Below the pieces are notes generated by a model. It saw only the letters and a list, made by a program, of their open reading frames with translations. It had not been told where the DNA came from and ran no database searches. Of a stretch of DNA of 43,694 nucleotides, positions 39,629 to 43,694 are shown piece after piece (positions within the stretch are counted from its first letter, which is position 1; the number at the start of each line of letters is the position of its first letter). Made by a program: the position numbers and the translations under genes. Origin of the DNA: Alphaproteobacteria bacterium (GTDB lineage: Bacteria; Pseudomonadota; Alphaproteobacteria; UBA6615); NCBI GenBank assembly GCA_046759605.1, contig JBHICL010000001.1, positions 1-43,694 of the forward strand. The letters are read 5' to 3'.

Positions 39629-40447
39629 TCAGGTCTGAAACAGTGACCAGCCACCAAATGCAACGATCACAGCGAGGACGGGGGCGGCGAATATCAGGCT
39701 ATCGATGCGGTCCAGCACGCCGCCATGCCCTGGAATGAGAGCACCCGAGTCCTTGGCGCCGAAGCGCCGCTTGACGGCCGACTCGAACAGATCACCGAAC
39801 TGCGCGACGACAGCCAGAATGCCGGCAAGACCCCCGGCCAGCCATTGAGACGCGCCGGTGAACGCAGCCGCAATGAAGGCTACGCCCGCGGCTACGGCAA
39901 GCACGATGCCCCCCAGAAAGCCGGCCCAAGTCTTTCTAGGGCTCACCGTCGGCGCCAGCCTCGGCCCCCCTATGAGCCTGCCGGCGGCATAAGCGCCGAC
40001 ATCGGTCGCCGAGACGACGGCGAAGAGCCACAGCACGGCCCAGCGTCCCGCATCCGGGACGTCCCTCAGATAAAGGATGGCAATAGCCGGAAGGCCCAGA
40101 TAGGCCATGCCGCCCGCCGCCCAGGCCATGCCGTCGGCACGTGCCAAGCGGCCGCCCACCAGAACGAACACCAGCCCCGCGATGAGAGCCAGCGCAGCGG
40201 CGTCGACTCCACGGAAACTGGCCAGTAGTGCCACCAACGGCACAAGGAGCATGAGCGCCGTTCGCACAAACCCGGGTTTCAGGCCGCACAGGCGCGCCCA
40301 CTCGAACGCGGCCAGGATGACCGCCGCCGTAACAAGGGCCAGGAAGAAGGGGCCACCGAGCCAAGCCGCGACGACTGTCATGGGGGCAAGCGCGATGATG
40401 GAAGCGACGCGGAGCGCAAGATTGGATGGCGGAGCCTTAGACGCCAC
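39629..40447 (-). CDS. cdsA: phosphatidate cytidylyltransferase
   Basis: Polytopic membrane protein with the signature GDLFESAVKRRFGAKDSG...IPGHGGVLDRIDS. A GTG start at 40447 (272 aa) overlaps the uppS 3' end by 11 nt. The ORF is open to 40534. Confidence 0.88.
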   Translation of the reverse strand: MASKAPPSNLALRVASIIALAPMTVVAAWLGGPFFLALVTAAVILAAFEWARLCGLKPGFVRTALMLLVPLVALLASFRGVDAAALALIAGLVFVLVGGRLARADGMAWAAGGMAYLGLPAIAILYLRDVPDAGRWAVLWLFAVVSATDVGAYAAGRLIGGPRLAPTVSPRKTWAGFLGGIVLAVAAGVAFIAAAFTGASQWLAGGLAGILAVVAQFGDLFESAVKRRFGAKDSGALIPGHGGVLDRIDSLIFAAPVLAVIVAFGGWSLFQT

Positions 40448-41171
40448 AGGCTCCGTACCGCCGCTCCCGACGCCCGTACTCCCTGATGGCCTCGAGCAAG
40501 TTCTCCTTGCCGAAATCGGGCCACAGGACGTCAAGGAAAACCAGTTCGGTGTAGGCGAGCTGCCACAGCAGAAAATTGCTCAGCCGCTGTTCGCCGCTCG
40601 TACGTATGAGCAGATCCGGATCGGGGATGCCGGCGGTGGTCAGGCGGCTCTCGATCAGGCCCGAGTCGATGTCGCCTGCGGTCAGGTCGCCTGCGTGCAC
40701 CTCCCCCGCCAGCATTCTGACGACCTCGACCAGTTCCTGGCGGCCGCCATAACTCAGCGCCACGATCAGGTTGAGCCCGGTGTTCTCCGCGGTTCGCTGC
40801 TCTGCAGCGGCGATCAGCGACACGATATCGTCGGCCAGTTTCTTTCGGTCGCCGATGACACGAACGCGAACGTTGTTGGCATGAAGCTCGGCTATCTCGC
40901 TCCGCAAATAGCGACGCAACAGCACCATGAGGTCGTCGATCTCATCGCGCGGTCGCCTCCAGTTTTCGGAGCTGAAGCCGAACAGGGTGAGGTAGGATAT
41001 TCCAAGTTCGCCGGCGGCACGCACCGTGCGGCGCACCGCGTCCGCACCATAGCCATGCCCGGCGGCCCGGGGCAGGCTCCGTTGTCTCGCCCAGCGCCCG
41101 TTGCCGTCCATGATGACGGCAACGTGCACGGGCACCACAACGGCCGCCGGATCGGGTCGGGGAGACTGCAT
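40437..41171 (-). CDS. uppS: isoprenyl transferase / undecaprenyl diphosphate synthase
   Basis: Motifs HVAVIMDGNGRWA, LTLFGFSSENWRRP and RTSGEQRLSNFLLWQLAYTE. Confidence 0.95.
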   Translation of the reverse strand: MQSPRPDPAAVVVPVHVAVIMDGNGRWARQRSLPRAAGHGYGADAVRRTVRAAGELGISYLTLFGFSSENWRRPRDEIDDLMVLLRRYLRSEIAELHANNVRVRVIGDRKKLADDIVSLIAAAEQRTAENTGLNLIVALSYGGRQELVEVVRMLAGEVHAGDLTAGDIDSGLIESRLTTAGIPDPDLLIRTSGEQRLSNFLLWQLAYTELVFLDVLWPDFGKENLLEAIREYGRRERRYGACGV

Positions 41172-41176
41172 TGGCC

Positions 41177-41731
41177 TCAGACCTGCATGATCTCCTGTTC
41201 CTTGGTGGCAAGCATCTCGTCGATATGCTTGACGTGCTCGTCCGTGAGCTTCTGGAGGGCCTCCCCGCGGGTGTGGTGCTCGTCCTGCGAGATCTCTCCG
41301 TCCCGCTCCATGTGCTTGAGCGAATCCATTCCGTCCCGGCGGACGTTTCTCACCGCAACGCGTGCCTGCTCGGCATAGCGTCCGGCGACGCGGGTAAGCT
41401 CGACGCGGCGTTCCTCGCTAAGCTCCGGCACCGGAACCCTGATGAGATTGCCCTCGGGTTGCGGATTCAGGCCTAGATCGGACTCGTGGATCGCCCGCTC
41501 GACGGCTTTGACGAGGGAGTTGTCCCACACCTGCACCGTCAGCAGCCGGGGTTCGGGAACGCTGATGGTCGCCACCTGATTCATCGGCATCTGGGAGCCG
41601 TAGGCCTCGACCGCGATCATCTCCAGAAGCCCGGTGGACGCGCGGCCGGTGCGCAGCCCGGCGAACTCCCTGCGCAGCACTTCGACGGCGCCGTCCATTC
41701 GTCGTTTGAGGTCATCGAATTCCGCGGACAC
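41177..41731 (-). CDS. frr: ribosome recycling factor
   Basis: 184 aa with an RRF-like sequence ([34 protein letters not shown]). Confidence 0.95.
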   Translation of the reverse strand: MSAEFDDLKRRMDGAVEVLRREFAGLRTGRASTGLLEMIAVEAYGSQMPMNQVATISVPEPRLLTVQVWDNSLVKAVERAIHESDLGLNPQPEGNLIRVPVPELSEERRVELTRVAGRYAEQARVAVRNVRRDGMDSLKHMERDGEISQDEHHTRGEALQKLTDEHVKHIDEMLATKEQEIMQV

Positions 41732-41734
41732 AGC

Positions 41735-42460
41735 CTAGTCTTCTCCTTCGATAATCGTGAAGCGCCCGCGACCGCAGACGACTTCCGCGAACTGACCGGC
41801 ATTTTGTATTGAAAATACCAGAATCGGAATGTTGTTTTCACGGCAGAGCGTGATGGCCGCCGCATCCATGACCTTGAGGTCCCTGCGCAGCACATCGAGG
41901 TAGGTGAGCCGCTCGTAACGCGTCGCCTCGGAGTCCCGCGCCGGATCGGAGGAGTAGACGCCGTCCACCTTGGTCCCCTTCACCAGACAGTCACAGCCCA
42001 TCTCCGAGGCTCTGAGCGCGGCCGCCGTATCCGTGGTGAAGAAAGGATTGCCCGTGCCCGCCGCGAAGATCACGACCCGGGCTTTCTCCATGTGGCGGAC
42101 CGCCCGACGGCGAATATAGGGCTCGCACACGGTCGCCATCGGGATGGCGGACAGGACGCGGGTGAAAACCCCCAGCCCTTCGAGGGCGTTCTGGAGCGCC
42201 AGAGAGTTGATGACGGTCGCCAGCATGCCGATGTAGTCGGCCGAGGCGCGTTCCATACCCACCGCCGCCCCGGAAATGCCACGAAAGATGTTGCCGCCGC
42301 CCACGACCAGGCTGATCTCGACACCGAGCTCGTGCACCATCTGCACGTCTCGGGCGACGCGGTTGACCGTGTCGTTGTCGAGACCGAATTCCCCATCGCC
42401 CATGAGCGCCTCGCCGGAGATCTTGAGGAGGACTCGGCGATAGCTGGGCTCATCTGGCAT
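41735..42460 (-). CDS. pyrH: UMP kinase
   Basis: Motifs [21 protein letters not shown] and [11 protein letters not shown]. Confidence 0.95.
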   Translation of the reverse strand: MPDEPSYRRVLLKISGEALMGDGEFGLDNDTVNRVARDVQMVHELGVEISLVVGGGNIFRGISGAAVGMERASADYIGMLATVINSLALQNALEGLGVFTRVLSAIPMATVCEPYIRRRAVRHMEKARVVIFAAGTGNPFFTTDTAAALRASEMGCDCLVKGTKVDGVYSSDPARDSEATRYERLTYLDVLRRDLKVMDAAAITLCRENNIPILVFSIQNAGQFAEVVCGRGRFTIIEGED

Positions 42461-42534
42461 GTCCGTTGTCCGATCGTCGTAGCGGCTTCACGCGGGCGGC
42501 TCGCCCGCATCCATGAACGAAGGCCTTCCCGCAC

Positions 42535-43461
42535 TCAGCCTGCGAGCTTTGCGACCTCCTCGGCAAAATCGTCTGGTTTCTTCTCGACGCCCTCACCTAG
42601 CACAAAGCGAACGAAACCGGTAATGGCGATTTGGGTACCCAGCCGCTTCGCGGCCCGTTCGACGACCTTGGATACCTTCGTCTCGCCGTCGATTACGAAG
42701 GTCTGCTCGAGTAGCACGACTTCCTGGTAGTACTTCCGCAGGCGGCCTTCGACCATCTTGGCCACGATCTCCTCCGGCTTGCCCGAGCTCCGCGCCTGTT
42801 CCTCGAGAATCGCGCGTTCCCGCGCGAGTATCGCCGTGTCGACGGTCTCGACGCCCAGGAACTGGGGCTGCGCCGCCGTCACGTGCATGGCCAGCTGCTT
42901 GCCGAGCTCCGCAAGATCGGCCCCATCCGCGGCGTCCGCCTCGAGGCCCACGAGGACGCCGATCTTCCCGAGCCCGGGCACGGCCTGGTTATGGACATAG
43001 CCGCACACGATCCCCCGCTCGACAGCGAGCACCGCCGCCCGGCGCAGATTGATATTCTCGCCGATCATGGCCACCAGGTGGGTCGTCTCTTCGGCCACGC
43101 TACGCCCGCTGTCCGGGTACTCGGCCTGCTGCAGCGCCTCGATGTCGCCGCCTGAGACAAGCGCCAGGTCGCACACATTTGCCACAAATTCCTGGAACGT
43201 CTCGTTGCGAGCGACGAAATCGGTCTCCGAATTCACTTCGACGACAGCACCGCGATTGCCCTCGGTGCGGACGCCCACGAGGCCCTCGGCGGCCACGCGC
43301 CCCGCTTTCTTCGCGGCGGCCGCGAGACCCTTCTTGCGCAGCCAGTCGACCGCTGCCTCTTTATCGCCGTCGGCTTCCATGAGCGCTTTCTTGCAATCCA
43401 TCATCCCGGCGCCGGTGGCCATTCTGAGCTCCTTGACGAGCGCAGCCGTTACGTCTGGCAT
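42535..43461 (-). CDS. tsf: translation elongation factor Ts
   Basis: N-terminal UBA-like [19 protein letters not shown]. 308 aa. Confidence 0.95.
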   Translation of the reverse strand: MPDVTAALVKELRMATGAGMMDCKKALMEADGDKEAAVDWLRKKGLAAAAKKAGRVAAEGLVGVRTEGNRGAVVEVNSETDFVARNETFQEFVANVCDLALVSGGDIEALQQAEYPDSGRSVAEETTHLVAMIGENINLRRAAVLAVERGIVCGYVHNQAVPGLGKIGVLVGLEADAADGADLAELGKQLAMHVTAAQPQFLGVETVDTAILARERAILEEQARSSGKPEEIVAKMVEGRLRKYYQEVVLLEQTFVIDGETKVSKVVERAAKRLGTQIAITGFVRFVLGEGVEKKPDDFAEEVAKLAG

Positions 43462-43508
43462 TTTGTCTTCCCTTACAATAGCTTGTACAAGAATACTGCC
43501 GATTCAGA

Positions 43509-43694
43509 TCAGGCCTGGGAGGCCTTGGCTTCGTCCTCGTCGACCTGCGCGGAGGTGTTCGAGGGCGCGGTTTCGGCGCCTGCCTCGCCCTCGGGGGAAG
43601 GTGTTTCCGCCTCGCCGCCCGTGGCCTCGCCGCCCATCGCCTCGCCACCCGTGGCCCCGGCGTCACCGGGCGGCTTGTCGGCGGCGGCTGGTTC
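43509..43694 (-). CDS. rpsB: 30S ribosomal protein S2, C-terminal tail only (gene runs off the window)
   Basis: I translated the open minus-strand frame by hand from the window edge: EPAAADKPPGDAGATGGEAMGGEATGGEAETPSPEGEAGAETAPSNTSAQVDEDEAKASQA*. The identity is inferred only from rpsB-tsf-pyrH-frr synteny and the acidic tail typical of alphaproteobacterial S2. Confidence 0.6.
   Translation of the reverse strand, partial: EPAAADKPPGDAGATGGEAMGGEATGGEAETPSPEGEAGAETAPSNTSAQVDEDEAKASQA

Noticed and set aside
42492-42508. GC-only hairpin GCGGGCG-gct-CGCCCGC between tsf and pyrH as an intrinsic terminator
   Set aside because: No U-tract follows it on the transcribed (minus) strand. At most it is an mRNA-stabilising or pause structure, which the sequence alone does not support.
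43482-43491. 10-bp perfect palindrome CTTGTACAAG in the rpsB-tsf spacer
   Set aside because: It is short and isolated, it lies within a normal 47-nt spacer, and I have no known regulator to attach to it.

Overview
High-GC (about two-thirds G+C) chromosomal core segment with alphaproteobacterial gene order, almost entirely coding. I found no rRNA, tRNA, CRISPR array, transposase or integrase. Gene order: dusB | ccsA/ypjD-like | pgpA-cinA | ratA-like-lipA-lpdA-pdhC-pdhB-pdhA-ftsB (minus strand) | aminotransferase | eno-kdsA-pyrG-secG-tpiA (minus) | ppiD-like | yibQ-like | trpD-trpC-moaC-moeA-lexA | comEC | [1-kb insertion] | gltX-gltA | lpxB-lpxI-lpxA-fabZ-lpxD-skp-bamA-rseP-cdsA-uppS-frr-pyrH-tsf-rpsB' (minus). 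The one accessory element is a compact low-GC insertion (about 26898-27887) that splits the divergent comEC-gltX spacer. It carries two minus-strand genes joined by an ATGA stop/start overlap: a small DUF4258-like (HAxxRxxxRxI motif) putative toxin, then an MqsA-like XRE-HTH putative antitoxin. The insertion is bracketed by a 52-bp direct repeat of the native spacer (51/52 identical). Its right edge also carries a 56-bp in-frame copy of an internal comEC segment (53/56 identical). There is no mobility gene. This is my best candidate for an uncharacterised system, and all family assignments are from reading the translations, not from searches. Secondary observations: alpha-type SOS boxes upstream of lexA; a possible 70-aa tail-anchored small protein with its own hairpin between gltA and lpxB; duplicated lipoyl-domain DNA in pdhB and pdhC; no dxr between cdsA and rseP; several non-ATG or overlapping starts. 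Many very long ORFs in the track are antisense or off-frame artefacts of high GC content.
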